Of a stretch of DNA of 64,000 nt, positions 35,753 to 45,448 are shown one piece after another. The stretch is from contig JAZDNP010000015.1 of NCBI GenBank assembly GCA_043799565.1, forward strand, positions 12,557 through 76,556, in the 5' to 3' direction. The position numbers and the translations under genes were made by a program. The notes under the pieces were generated by a model. That model was not told where the DNA came from, searched no databases, and was given only the letters and a program-made list of their open reading frames with translations. Within the stretch, counting starts at the first letter, position 1; each line of letters begins with the position of its first letter. The DNA is from Candidatus Brennerbacteria bacterium (GTDB lineage: Bacteria; Patescibacteriota; Minisyncoccia; UBA6257; GWB1-50-10).

Positions 35753-37090
35753 TTATTCCTCAAACGAAAGCGCCACAAGCGTTCCGTCTTCTCTAACGAG
35801 ATATGCGGTGAAGCCGGTAAGTGCGAATGAACGGACATTTTCCGCGAGCACCGTGTGGTTCCGCTCGCCATAAAGCCCGACCTCCGCGGCAACAAGTTTT
35901 CCGCCGGAGACGAAGAAGAGATAGCGCGAGAGCGATGAGTTCCATTGGACTCCGCGCGGCACGGCGGACCCTTCCCATATGTGGAGCGTGGCGCCCTTAA
36001 GGGCGAGCGCGTCTCCTTCGTAGCGGTCGAGGAAATATACCGAGACGGTGTTGTCGCTCACGTAGGAAAGGCGGTTGCCGCTCTGGCTTAGTGCGAATTC
36101 CGATACATTTTCCGCTACTTTGACGTGCTCACCGCTCGCGCGGTAGTAAGCAAAGAGTGCATGGTCCTCTGTAAGCGCGGTAAGGATTCCGCCGTCCGCG
36201 GTGGTGGTGAGGCGGGATACGGTGCTTGAGGTGAAAGGAGCGGTATCCGCCGTCTTGAATATGAGGTCTACCGCGGTCAGATTTCCGTCCGAGCCGAGGA
36301 GGAGAACCTCCGAGTCGTTGAATGCCGTAGCGGCGATATCAGGGAGGGTAACGAGGCGTTCCAGTGAAATGCGGCGCGTATCAAGGGAATAGAGGGAGGT
36401 TTCCGTGACAATTATGAATTTCCCTGCGCTGAAAGGGTGTGGACGCACTTCTACGAGAGGGACGATGCCGGGAAGTCCGAGTTCACGTTCTTTGAGCGAG
36501 TGGAAGAGGGAAGTGAGGTTGATGGTGGAATCCGAGGGCCCGTTTCCTACGAGATATATGGTGTTTCCGGTACGGGTGATAAGCGTTGCGGAGTCGTCGG
36601 ATGCATACATAATCTCCTCGCCGGGTATTCGGACCCCATCAATAAAGAGCGTGCCGCTTTCGGTTCGTATCGCCGGGATGCCTACAGAGAGAGAGAAGGA
36701 ATTCGTATTCGATGCGACGAGCGTTGAGGTCGCTTGTTTTGGCCAGAGGAATACGTCGGTGGCGCGCGTCACAAGGCCGGCACTCACGGGAAGTTCTGCG
36801 CGCCACGTAACCCTACCTTCGTGTTCCGCGCGGACCTCGTACGTTTTTGGGGTAAGGGTTTTTATGAGCGTGCCGCCCGAGAGAAAGCGTGGGCTTTCTT
36901 CCACCAACGCTCCTCCGAGGAATAGGTCAGCGTCGCGGGGAATAGGTGCCACAAAGAGCGACCCTGTGCGCATAATGGTGCCGCCGGTCGCTACGGTGAG
37001 GCCAAGAGCGGAGAGTACCGCATAGAGGCCTCCCACAATGAAGATGGCGACGAGGGAGTAAAAAACAATGCGGCGGGCGGTGATATGCAT
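35753..37090 (-). CDS. Membrane-anchored PEGA-like / beta-propeller-like protein
   Basis: N-terminal TM helix, TGSLFV..IPRDADLFL...L.PKTYEV PEGA-like segment, beta-rich repeats. Confidence 0.65.
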   Translation of the reverse strand: MHITARRIVFYSLVAIFIVGGLYAVLSALGLTVATGGTIMRTGSLFVAPIPRDADLFLGGALVEESPRFLSGGTLIKTLTPKTYEVRAEHEGRVTWRAELPVSAGLVTRATDVFLWPKQATSTLVASNTNSFSLSVGIPAIRTESGTLFIDGVRIPGEEIMYASDDSATLITRTGNTIYLVGNGPSDSTINLTSLFHSLKERELGLPGIVPLVEVRPHPFSAGKFIIVTETSLYSLDTRRISLERLVTLPDIAATAFNDSEVLLLGSDGNLTAVDLIFKTADTAPFTSSTVSRLTTTADGGILTALTEDHALFAYYRASGEHVKVAENVSEFALSQSGNRLSYVSDNTVSVYFLDRYEGDALALKGATLHIWEGSAVPRGVQWNSSLSRYLFFVSGGKLVAAEVGLYGERNHTVLAENVRSFALTGFTAYLVREDGTLVALSFEE

Positions 37091-37112
37091 GCACTCACCC
37101 TACCTCCAACAT

Positions 37113-37141
37113 TTGAATTTTGAAAGGGCGGGAGGTAGCAT
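37113..37141 (+). promoter_or_regulatory. Putative mreB promoter
   Basis: TTGAAT-17-TAGCAT. Confidence 0.45.
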
Positions 37142-37152
37142 AAGGACACTAT

Positions 37153-38160
37153 ATGTTCATCAGGAAGATCGGCATCGACCTTGGCACCACGAACACGCTT
37201 GTGTTCCTTCCGGACCGAGGCATTGTCATTAACGAACCGACTGTGGTGGCGCTTCGAAAACCGGGCGAGGAAGTTTTAGCGGTGGGTGCCGAAGCGAAAG
37301 AAATGGTGGGGCGCACGCCCGATGATATCGTGACCTACCGTCCGCTCAAAGACGGCGTCATCGCGGAGTATTACATCACGCGGTCCATGTTGAAGTATTT
37401 CATCGCGAAGAGCGTCGGTGCATGGAATCTCATTCGTCCCGAAGTGGTCATCTCGGTACCCGCGGGCATCACCTCCACCGAGTATCGCGCGGTGATGAAC
37501 GCGGCGCGCGAAGCGGGAGCGAAAGAGGTGTACCTCGTAAAAGAACCGCTCCTCGCGTCTCTGGGAGCCGGCATCCCAATCCATTCGGCGGAAGGGAACA
37601 TGATTGTGAACATCGGCGGCGGTACCACGGAAGTGGCGGTCATTTCCTTGGGCGGCATCGTGACGTGGGAGAGTTTGAGGGTCGCGGGAAACCGTTTTGA
37701 CGTCGCCATTATTGATTTTATACGCAAAAAATATGGGCTCGCGATAGGGGAAACGAGCGCCGAAAACATCAAAATAGGCATAGGAACGGCGGTACCGAAC
37801 CGGAATCGGCTTGAAATGAAGGTGCGGGGACGCGACCTTCGTTCTGGGCTCCCAAGGGACCTTGTGGTGAATTCAAACGAGATTGCCGAGGCTGTGAACC
37901 CCCATTTAGTTGATATCACGAACGCCATTCAGGCTGTTTTCAACGTGACGCCTCCCGAGCTCGCGGCGGACATCATGGAAAAGGGCATCATCCTTTCGGG
38001 TGGTTCCGCGCAACTCCGCGACCTTCCAGAGTTCCTGCGCCGCACGCTCGGCGTTTCGGCGTTCGTTGCGGAGGATGCGATACTTTGTGTTGCAAAAGGC
38101 ACCGCCATCATTCTCGGCCATCTTGATGTCTACAAGCGCACGCTTCTCCATCGGAGATAA
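37153..38160 (+). CDS. mreB: Rod-shape protein MreB, paralogue 1
   Basis: [45 protein letters not shown]. Confidence 0.93.
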   Translation: MFIRKIGIDLGTTNTLVFLPDRGIVINEPTVVALRKPGEEVLAVGAEAKEMVGRTPDDIVTYRPLKDGVIAEYYITRSMLKYFIAKSVGAWNLIRPEVVISVPAGITSTEYRAVMNAAREAGAKEVYLVKEPLLASLGAGIPIHSAEGNMIVNIGGGTTEVAVISLGGIVTWESLRVAGNRFDVAIIDFIRKKYGLAIGETSAENIKIGIGTAVPNRNRLEMKVRGRDLRSGLPRDLVVNSNEIAEAVNPHLVDITNAIQAVFNVTPPELAADIMEKGIILSGGSAQLRDLPEFLRRTLGVSAFVAEDAILCVAKGTAIILGHLDVYKRTLLHRR

Positions 38161-38977
38161 TATATTTCTCGGGCATGAGGAGCAGGCCCGTGATTTTCCC
38201 CGGCTCGTGAATGCCGGACTTCTCGGGCACGCATATCTTTTCTTCGGCGACGAAGGAGTGGGAAAATTTCGCTTTGCGCACGCACTCGCGAACTTCCTTG
38301 AACGTGGTGCATTGAATGTGGAAGAGCACGAGACGCTTACCGATGCGCTCTTTGTGGAGGCGAAGGAAGCCGCCCAGCGGAGTGGGGCGAGCCTCGCCCC
38401 TTCGGGGCGGGAATCCTCGCTCGGCATTGATACGGTGCGCGCGATACGAAAGTTCCTCTCTACGACACCGTTCCATTCTTCGCGCCGCACCGTCGTCATT
38501 CGCGATGCCGAACTTCTTACCTGGGAAGCGGAAAGCGCCCTTTTGAAGATCATGGAGGAGCCGCCGGTGCATGCGCTTATCATTATGATTGCGCGCTCGC
38601 CTGAAGCGCTTTTTCCGCCGCTCGTAAGTCGTATGGCGAAGATATATTTCTCAAGAGTTCCACGCACCATACTTGCCGATTTTCTCGTGACAGAGGCCAG
38701 AGTTCCCGCACGGGAAGCGTCCGCGCTCGCGGCGCGTTCGTTCGGAAGATTGGGGTATGCCCTCGCGCTCATGAAGAATAAGAAGCGGGCAGGAACCAAA
38801 AGCGACGCTACGCTTGCGGAAAAGCTTGAGGAGCTCATTCTCGAGCATTGGGAGAAAGGGGCAAAAAGGGAGGCGGGGACGCTTGCATTCCTCCTCTCGC
38901 GCCTTGAGGCCGCGAGCCGTTTCAATCTCAACGCGCGGCTCCAAGAAAAGGCCGTTGCACATATAATGACCGTTTAA
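38126..38977 (+). CDS. holB: DNA polymerase III delta-prime-like subunit
   Basis: HAYLFFG.EGVGK, IDTVR, A.SALLK..EEPP, ..SR. Start uncertain (ATG 38126 or ATA 38162). Confidence 0.8.
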   Translation: MSTSARFSIGDNIFLGHEEQARDFPRLVNAGLLGHAYLFFGDEGVGKFRFAHALANFLERGALNVEEHETLTDALFVEAKEAAQRSGASLAPSGRESSLGIDTVRAIRKFLSTTPFHSSRRTVVIRDAELLTWEAESALLKIMEEPPVHALIIMIARSPEALFPPLVSRMAKIYFSRVPRTILADFLVTEARVPAREASALAARSFGRLGYALALMKNKKRAGTKSDATLAEKLEELILEHWEKGAKREAGTLAFLLSRLEAASRFNLNARLQEKAVAHIMTV

Positions 38978-39000
38978 CCGTTACCTGTTACCTTTTACAT

Positions 39001-39549
39001 ATGGAAATATTGAACGAATTCAAATCGATGCTCGCGAAGCTTTTGGAAGAAGTGAAAGCGGGGGTTTCGAGCGTGCGCACCAACCGGCCGCACTCGGGAC
39101 TCGTGGAAGAGATTAAGGTGAATCACTACGGAGGCATATTCCCCATTAAACAGCTTGGTTCGGTGGGGGTGACGCCGCCGCGTGAAATACACATTGAAGC
39201 GTGGGATGCAAGCGCGGTACCCGCTATCGCAAAGGCGATAGAAGCCTCCCCGCTCGGTCTCACCGCGAATGTGGAAGGGAACGTGCTCCGTATATTCCTC
39301 CCGGCGCTTTCCGACGAGCGGCGTAAAGAGCTTACGAAATACGTAGGGACAATCGCAGAGGAGCATCGCATCAAGGTTCGGCATGTGCGCGATGACGCGA
39401 ACAAAAACGTACAGAAAGCGCTTGATGCCGATGAATTGACCGAGGACCAGAAGTTCCGATTGAAAGAAGATATCCAGAAAGCGACGGACGAGTGGAATAA
39501 AAACGTGGAAAAATTGGTTGAAACAAAGATTGCGGAAATCAGCAACTAA
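39001..39549 (+). CDS. frr: Ribosome recycling factor
   Basis: VRTNR, YG...PI.Q, P.LS.ERRKEL, R.VRDD. Confidence 0.93.
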   Translation: MEILNEFKSMLAKLLEEVKAGVSSVRTNRPHSGLVEEIKVNHYGGIFPIKQLGSVGVTPPREIHIEAWDASAVPAIAKAIEASPLGLTANVEGNVLRIFLPALSDERRKELTKYVGTIAEEHRIKVRHVRDDANKNVQKALDADELTEDQKFRLKEDIQKATDEWNKNVEKLVETKIAEISN

Positions 39550-39555
39550 ATATCC

Positions 39556-40617
39556 GTGACCATACTTCTCGTTATCATTGCGCTCGCGCTCCTCATCCTC
39601 ATCCACGAGTTTGGCCACTTTGCGGCCGCGAAGCTTTTTGGCATCCGTGTGGACGAATTTGGGTTCGGATTTCCGCCAAAAGTTTTTTCGCGTGTTCATG
39701 GTGAGACCCGTTACAGTTTTAACCTCCTTCCGTTCGGCGGATTCGTACGTATTTTCGGAGAAGAACTTGCGCCTCCCGTGGGCGATCCGGATGCGGCGCG
39801 TGCCTTCGTATCAAAGTCCCTCCCGGTCCGCGCACTTGTAATGGCGGGGGGAGTGCTTATGAACTTTCTTGCGGGATGGCTCCTGCTCTCCGTGGTTTTT
39901 ATGATCGGTTCCGATTCCCACCTCGGACTTTCCTACGTGGCGCCCGGTTCTCCCGCCGAAGTGGCGGGACTTGTTCCTGGTGACCTCGTGCTTCGTGCGG
40001 AGATCGGCGGTGTCACGCTTTCCGACCCTGTTCCACTGCAGGCATTCGTAGATACGGTAGGGAAGGCGGCCGCAGGAAATATTCCCGTTTCGCTTACGGT
40101 GCTCCGAAGCGGTGATGAACTTTCATTTACGCTTGTGGGACGCGAAGCCCCGCCAGACGGCGAGGGAGCACTTGGCGTTGCACTTTTTGACACCGGCATG
40201 CCACGCACCGGAATTCTCCAAAGTTTTGTAAAAGGCGCTGAGGCAACCCTTTCACTTTTGAAAGCAATTATCGTAGGACTTGCGGAATTCTTCATCGGAC
40301 TTTTTACCGAGGCTGACACCTTCAAATTGGTAACCGGACCGGTGGGAGTAGTAGCGGTTGCGGCGGGGAGCGTGGCGTTCGGAGTCGCGCCTTTCCTGAA
40401 TCTTATGGCACTTATCTCGCTCCACCTCGCGCTTTTGAATTTTCTCCCGCTCCCGGCACTGGACGGAGGACGGCTTTTCTTCCTTGTGCTTGAGGCATTG
40501 AAGGGGAGTCCCGTTTCGCGGAACGTGGAAAAAGTGACGCACGCGGTTGGGTTTGCGCTCCTCCTTCTCCTTATGGTGGTGGTTACCGTGCGTGACGTTG
40601 GGCGGTTGACCCCGTAG
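39556..40617 (+). CDS. rseP: Site-2 protease RseP (M50 family) with PDZ domain
   Basis: HEFGH, FGFGFPP, SPAE.AGL..GD, N.LPLPALDGG. Confidence 0.92.
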   Translation: MTILLVIIALALLILIHEFGHFAAAKLFGIRVDEFGFGFPPKVFSRVHGETRYSFNLLPFGGFVRIFGEELAPPVGDPDAARAFVSKSLPVRALVMAGGVLMNFLAGWLLLSVVFMIGSDSHLGLSYVAPGSPAEVAGLVPGDLVLRAEIGGVTLSDPVPLQAFVDTVGKAAAGNIPVSLTVLRSGDELSFTLVGREAPPDGEGALGVALFDTGMPRTGILQSFVKGAEATLSLLKAIIVGLAEFFIGLFTEADTFKLVTGPVGVVAVAAGSVAFGVAPFLNLMALISLHLALLNFLPLPALDGGRLFFLVLEALKGSPVSRNVEKVTHAVGFALLLLLMVVVTVRDVGRLTP

Positions 40618-40632
40618 TCGTACAACGTTCAT

Positions 40633-42420
40633 ATGGCTGAAACGCAAACTAGGGATTGTCAAAATTGCCACGGTTCATTCGTCATTGAACCGGACGACTT
40701 CGCGTTCTACGAAAAGATTAAAGTCCCGGCGCCCACCTTTTGTCCGGAGTGCAGACTGCAAAGGCGGATCGTGTGGCGAAACGAGAGGATTCTTTATAAA
40801 AGGCCATGCAACGCTTCTGGGCATGCGGAAAACTTGATCTCTAACTATGACAGCGAGGTACCATCCCCCATCTACGATCAGGACCACTGGTGGTCTGATA
40901 ATTGGGATCCTTCGTCGCATAGTCGTGATTACGATTTTTCAAAGCCATTTTTCGAACAATTCAAAGAATTGCTCACCATATCGCCGTTACCCAATCTTTC
41001 GAATCTTCAGTCGGTGGCAAGCGATTACTGTAATTTCACATATCAATGCAAAAATTGCTATCTGGTTTTTGCAAGCGACCTTAATGAGGACTGTTCGTAC
41101 TTATATCACACTATCAACAGCAAAAATTCTCTTGATCTCCTAGGCTGCAATAATCTGGAGTCCTCCTACGAGAGCATCCATTCCAAAGACTGTTATCACT
41201 GCACCTTCGTGCTTTTTTCAAGCCAGTGTCTGAACTCGTCCTTTCTTTATAACTGCCATAACTGCCAAAATTGTTTTGGATGCGTGAATTTACGAAACGC
41301 CAATTATCAGATATTGAACACGCCGTATTCAAAAGAAGCGTATGAGGAGAAGATAAGAAAACTGAATAGCGGGACGTTCAGCGGCCTAAATAATGTACGG
41401 CAGGAGTTTTTAAAGCTCATACTCGCATTTCCGCATCGTTTTGCGACCATCGTTCATTCAACTAATGTTTCCGGCGAATACATAACTAATTCAAAAAATT
41501 GCCATAATTGCTACGATGTCGATGGAATTGCCGAGGATTCTCGATTCATTACCTACACCATACCGGGCGTGAAAGATTGTTACGATGTTTATGGCGCTGG
41601 CTCGAATATCGAGCGGGCCTACGAAGTGACCAGTTCGGGTGCTTCGCTGCAGAATGCGTTCTTTTCGCCCCTTTCGTGGACGGGAGATTCGATTCAATAC
41701 TCACATTTTTGCAAAGCGTGCTCGAATATTTTTGGCTGCATTGGTCTTCGCGACAAGCAGTATTGCATCTTGAACAAACAATATACCAAGGAAGATTTCG
41801 AGTCGTTTTTGCCTCGTATTATCCAGCACATGAACGACGCGCCTTACATAGATAAAAAAGGCAGAGTGTACAAGTACGGTGAATTTTTCCCGATAGAAAT
41901 TTCTCCTTTCGCCTATAACGAGACCATTGCTCAAGAATACTTTCCGTTGACCAAAGCGCAGGCTATAGAGCAGGGGTATAAATGGAAAGATTCGGATACC
42001 AAGGAATATCAGATAACCATTTTTCCTAAAGACCTTCCGGACAATATTGAGGACGCTCCTGATTCCATTCTCAAAAAAACGATCGGCTGTGCTCACGAGG
42101 GCAAATGCATGGAACAGTGCACTACCGCTTTCAGAATTACGCCGGAAGAACTTTCGTTCTACAAACGGCTTAATTTGCCCCTGCCGAGATTGTGCCCCAA
42201 CTGTCGGCATTACCAAAGATTGGCCCAGAGAAACCCACTGAAGCTCTGGCACAGAAAGTGCCAGTGTGCCGGAAATGGAAGCGAGAACGGTATTTATCGG
42301 AACGTCTCTCCCCATCAGCATGGAACAGGGAAATGTCCGAACGAGTTTAAGACGAGCTATGCCGCTGACCGGAAAGAGATCGTCTACTGTGAGCAGTGCT
42401 ATCAAGCGGAGGTGGTTTGA
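40633..42420 (+). CDS. Cys-rich zinc-ribbon repeat protein, solo copy 10
   Basis: Same N-module (CQNC..FVIEPDDFAFY), core and VYCEQCYQAEVV end as the array. Confidence 0.9.
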   Translation: MAETQTRDCQNCHGSFVIEPDDFAFYEKIKVPAPTFCPECRLQRRIVWRNERILYKRPCNASGHAENLISNYDSEVPSPIYDQDHWWSDNWDPSSHSRDYDFSKPFFEQFKELLTISPLPNLSNLQSVASDYCNFTYQCKNCYLVFASDLNEDCSYLYHTINSKNSLDLLGCNNLESSYESIHSKDCYHCTFVLFSSQCLNSSFLYNCHNCQNCFGCVNLRNANYQILNTPYSKEAYEEKIRKLNSGTFSGLNNVRQEFLKLILAFPHRFATIVHSTNVSGEYITNSKNCHNCYDVDGIAEDSRFITYTIPGVKDCYDVYGAGSNIERAYEVTSSGASLQNAFFSPLSWTGDSIQYSHFCKACSNIFGCIGLRDKQYCILNKQYTKEDFESFLPRIIQHMNDAPYIDKKGRVYKYGEFFPIEISPFAYNETIAQEYFPLTKAQAIEQGYKWKDSDTKEYQITIFPKDLPDNIEDAPDSILKKTIGCAHEGKCMEQCTTAFRITPEELSFYKRLNLPLPRLCPNCRHYQRLAQRNPLKLWHRKCQCAGNGSENGIYRNVSPHQHGTGKCPNEFKTSYAADRKEIVYCEQCYQAEVV

Positions 42421-42450
42421 TTGCAAAGAACACACAAACCAACGTATCAT
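42421..42450 (+). promoter_or_regulatory. Putative proS promoter, probably leaderless
   Basis: TTGCAA-18-TATCAT, with ATG 8 nt downstream. Confidence 0.5.
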
Positions 42451-42458
42451 TGCGATAT

Positions 42459-43706
42459 ATGAGGCAGTCACAACTTTTCCTTAAAACCGCACGTGAGGCG
42501 CCGAAGGACGAAGCGGCGGTGAACGCAAAGCTTCTCATCAGGGCAAATTTCATCCACAAGCTCATGGCGGGAGTGTACTCCATGCTCCCCTTGGGGTTCC
42601 GTGTCCGTGAGAAGGTCATTGCGATTATTCGTGATGAGATGGACAAGCTTGGCGCCGAGATGCTCATGCCCGCGCTTCACCCGCGCGCGGTGTGGGATGC
42701 GACCGGCCGGTGGGAGGGGATGGCGAAGGTGATGTACCAATTTAAGGACCACGGCGGCCGCGACGTGGGCTTGGGCCCCACGCACGAAGAGGTTATTGCG
42801 GAGATTGCAAAGTCGGTCATCGCTTCGTACCAGGACCTTCCGAAGGCCATCTATCAGATACAGACGAAGTTTCGCGACGAGGAACGCCCCAAGTCGGGCC
42901 TCTTGCGTGGCCGTGAATTCACCATGAAGGACCTCTACAGTTTCCACGCCGATGCCGCGTCATTGGAAGAATATTATGACCGCGTAAAAGACGCATATCA
43001 TGCAGTGTTCAAACGTGCAGGACTTGTGGCACACCTCACCGAGGCTTCCGGAGGCGACTTTTCCAAATACTCGCACGAGTTCATGGTGGAAGCAGATGCG
43101 GGCGAAGATTCCATTCTTCTCTGCCGCCTATGCGGTTTCGCACGGAACACGGAGATAGCGGACGAGAAGAAGAAGGACGCATGCCCTAAGTGTAAGGAGG
43201 GTGTTTTGGAGGCCGTTTCCGCCATTGAGGTGGGGAATATTTTTAAGCTTGGAACGAGGTTTTCGGAGCCCGTAGGACTAGTGTTCAAGGACGAGAAAGG
43301 GGGAACAAATCCCGTCATCATGGCCTCCTACGGCATTGGGGTTGAGCGTTTGATCGGCACCATTGCGGAAATCCACCACGACGACAAAGGGCTTATGTGG
43401 CCCGAAGAAGTGGCGCCGTTCGCTGCACACCTTCTTATGGTGGGAGCCGATACCGACGAACTTCACGCGTTCGCGGACAATATCTATAATGACCTCGCAA
43501 AGAAAGGGATTGAGGTTCTTTACGACGACCGGACCGGAGTTTCCGCGGGAGAAAAATTTGCAGACGCGGACCTCATCGGAATCCCGTGGCGCGTGGTCGC
43601 AAGCGAGCGTACCCAGGCATCCGGGAAAGTGGAGGTGAAGAAAAGAAGTGAATCCGATGCCGCACTCATGAAACTTTCCGAGTTCGTCGCATTGCTCAAA
43701 AAATAA
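42459..43706 (+). CDS. proS: Proline--tRNA ligase (short form, no editing insertion)
   Basis: MRQS, LGPTHEE, YQIQTKFRDE.RP..GL.RGREF.MKD.YSF, EVGNIFKLG, YGIGVER. Confidence 0.95.
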   Translation: MRQSQLFLKTAREAPKDEAAVNAKLLIRANFIHKLMAGVYSMLPLGFRVREKVIAIIRDEMDKLGAEMLMPALHPRAVWDATGRWEGMAKVMYQFKDHGGRDVGLGPTHEEVIAEIAKSVIASYQDLPKAIYQIQTKFRDEERPKSGLLRGREFTMKDLYSFHADAASLEEYYDRVKDAYHAVFKRAGLVAHLTEASGGDFSKYSHEFMVEADAGEDSILLCRLCGFARNTEIADEKKKDACPKCKEGVLEAVSAIEVGNIFKLGTRFSEPVGLVFKDEKGGTNPVIMASYGIGVERLIGTIAEIHHDDKGLMWPEEVAPFAAHLLMVGADTDELHAFADNIYNDLAKKGIEVLYDDRTGVSAGEKFADADLIGIPWRVVASERTQASGKVEVKKRSESDAALMKLSEFVALLKK

Positions 43707-43710
43707 TCAC

Positions 43711-44742
43711 ATGGCGTTTCACATAAAAAAAATTCTCGGCATTGATCTTGGCACGGACACCACGCAGGTGTATCTGAAAGGGGTGGGGCTTGTAGTGAAC
43801 GAGCCGTCCATCGTGGCGTTCAATAATCGCACGAACCGTGTGGTGGCGGTGGGGAGTGAGGCAAAAAAAATGCTTGCCCGCACTCCTGCACACATTACGG
43901 CGCTCCGTCCCATAACGCACGGCATCATCGCCGATTTTGACATGGCACGAGAGATGTTGGAGCGGTTTCTTAAGCGCGAGAAGCTCCCGTGGTCATGGGC
44001 GACCGAGGCGGTGGTTTCGGTGCCGACCAATCTCACTGAGGTGGAGCGGAAATCGGTGGAAGATCTGCTCCATGAAGTGGGTGCCTCGCCGGTCCACCTT
44101 ATCGAGCAGCCGCTTGCGGCGGCATTTGGCATCCGGCTCGCGGTGGACGAACCGACCGCGTTTCTCATCATCGATATAGGTGCGGGGACGACCGATGCAG
44201 CCATCCTTTCCCTAAACGGCATTGTGGTGTCCCGAAGATTGAAGATAGGGGGGGATTACCTGAATGCGGAGATCATCCGGGGCATGCGCGAAGAGTTCAA
44301 GCTTGCCGTGGGAGAACCGACCGCGGAAGAGATAAAACTCGCAGTAGGTTCCGTGGTTGCCACCGGAGAGCGCCTTGAGGTTGTGGTGCGCGGCCGCGAC
44401 ATCGCGAGCGGACTTCCACGTGAAGTGGCGGTGAAGGATTCCCATGTGCGAATGTGGCTCCTGCGCCCCATGCGCGCGATTGTGGATGCCCTGAAGGACA
44501 TGATAGAAACGGCGCCACCGGAACTCGCGGGCGATATTTATAAGAACGGAATGCACCTTTGTGGCGGTGCGGCGCTCCTGCGCGGCATTGCAGACCTCCT
44601 CTCTAAAGAAATAGGGGTGCGGGTGATGTTGGTGGAAGACCCACTCACGTGCGTGGTACGTGGTGTGGGCGTAGTAGCCGAGGACATCCCCAAACATTCC
44701 CATCTCATAAACAATTTTCCCGGACCGAAGATAAAAGATTAG
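43711..44742 (+). CDS. mreB: Rod-shape protein MreB, paralogue 2
   Basis: GIDLGT, NEPSIVA, DIGAGTT. Heads the mreCD-mrdA cluster. Confidence 0.92.
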   Translation: MAFHIKKILGIDLGTDTTQVYLKGVGLVVNEPSIVAFNNRTNRVVAVGSEAKKMLARTPAHITALRPITHGIIADFDMAREMLERFLKREKLPWSWATEAVVSVPTNLTEVERKSVEDLLHEVGASPVHLIEQPLAAAFGIRLAVDEPTAFLIIDIGAGTTDAAILSLNGIVVSRRLKIGGDYLNAEIIRGMREEFKLAVGEPTAEEIKLAVGSVVATGERLEVVVRGRDIASGLPREVAVKDSHVRMWLLRPMRAIVDALKDMIETAPPELAGDIYKNGMHLCGGAALLRGIADLLSKEIGVRVMLVEDPLTCVVRGVGVVAEDIPKHSHLINNFPGPKIKD

Positions 44743-44746
44743 GAAT

Positions 44747-45442
44747 ATGCGGTCCTTGAAAACGGTCATCGGGGCGATTGCCGCACTTGTCCTCGGGGTG
44801 CTCATCATTGTGATGCAGGGCAATATGTTTGAGGGCGTGGGCGATGTCCGCGCATTTTTTGCGAGCTTCACCGACCGTACATTCTCATACGGCGAACTTT
44901 CCCGTTTGCGTACCGAGGTTGAGGCGCTCCGCGCCGAGCGTGCCGTACTCATTGAAGCGGGGATCCCCCCTTTTTCCGCGGATCTTCGGAAAGCCCCGGT
45001 CTACTCGCGCTATCCTTATGGTGCCGAAGGGCTTCTTACCATTGCGTTGGGCGCGCATGACGGCATAAAGGAAGGATTTCCTGTATTTGCGACTCCCGGT
45101 ACGCTCTTGGGGCGCGTGACGCGCGTGGAGCAGACAAGGAGCGAGGTAATGACCATATTCAATCCCGCGTGGCGCTCCAGCGTGCGTTTCGGCACGAGCG
45201 ATGTGAAAGCGCTCCTTGAGGGTGGTGAGTCGCCACGTCTTACGCTCATTCCGCGAGGAAAAGAACTCGCCGAACACACAAGAGTGGTGAGTGTGGACCC
45301 CACGTTTCCTTTCGGTCTTTTTATCGGCACGAGCGGCGCGGTCCAAGAAGAAACTGCAGAGCCGTGGCGTACCGCGGCATTTGAAGCGCCCTACCGAGAA
45401 TCGGATCTTGAGGAGGTGTTGGTGCTCGTGAACTTCCCTTAA
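44747..45442 (+). CDS. mreC: Rod-shape protein MreC
   Basis: TM helix, coiled coil, G..DGIKEG.PV...L.GRV, FP.GL.IG. Synteny supports the call. Confidence 0.85.
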   Translation: MRSLKTVIGAIAALVLGVLIIVMQGNMFEGVGDVRAFFASFTDRTFSYGELSRLRTEVEALRAERAVLIEAGIPPFSADLRKAPVYSRYPYGAEGLLTIALGAHDGIKEGFPVFATPGTLLGRVTRVEQTRSEVMTIFNPAWRSSVRFGTSDVKALLEGGESPRLTLIPRGKELAEHTRVVSVDPTFPFGLFIGTSGAVQEETAEPWRTAAFEAPYRESDLEEVLVLVNFP

Positions 45443-45448
45443 CGACTC

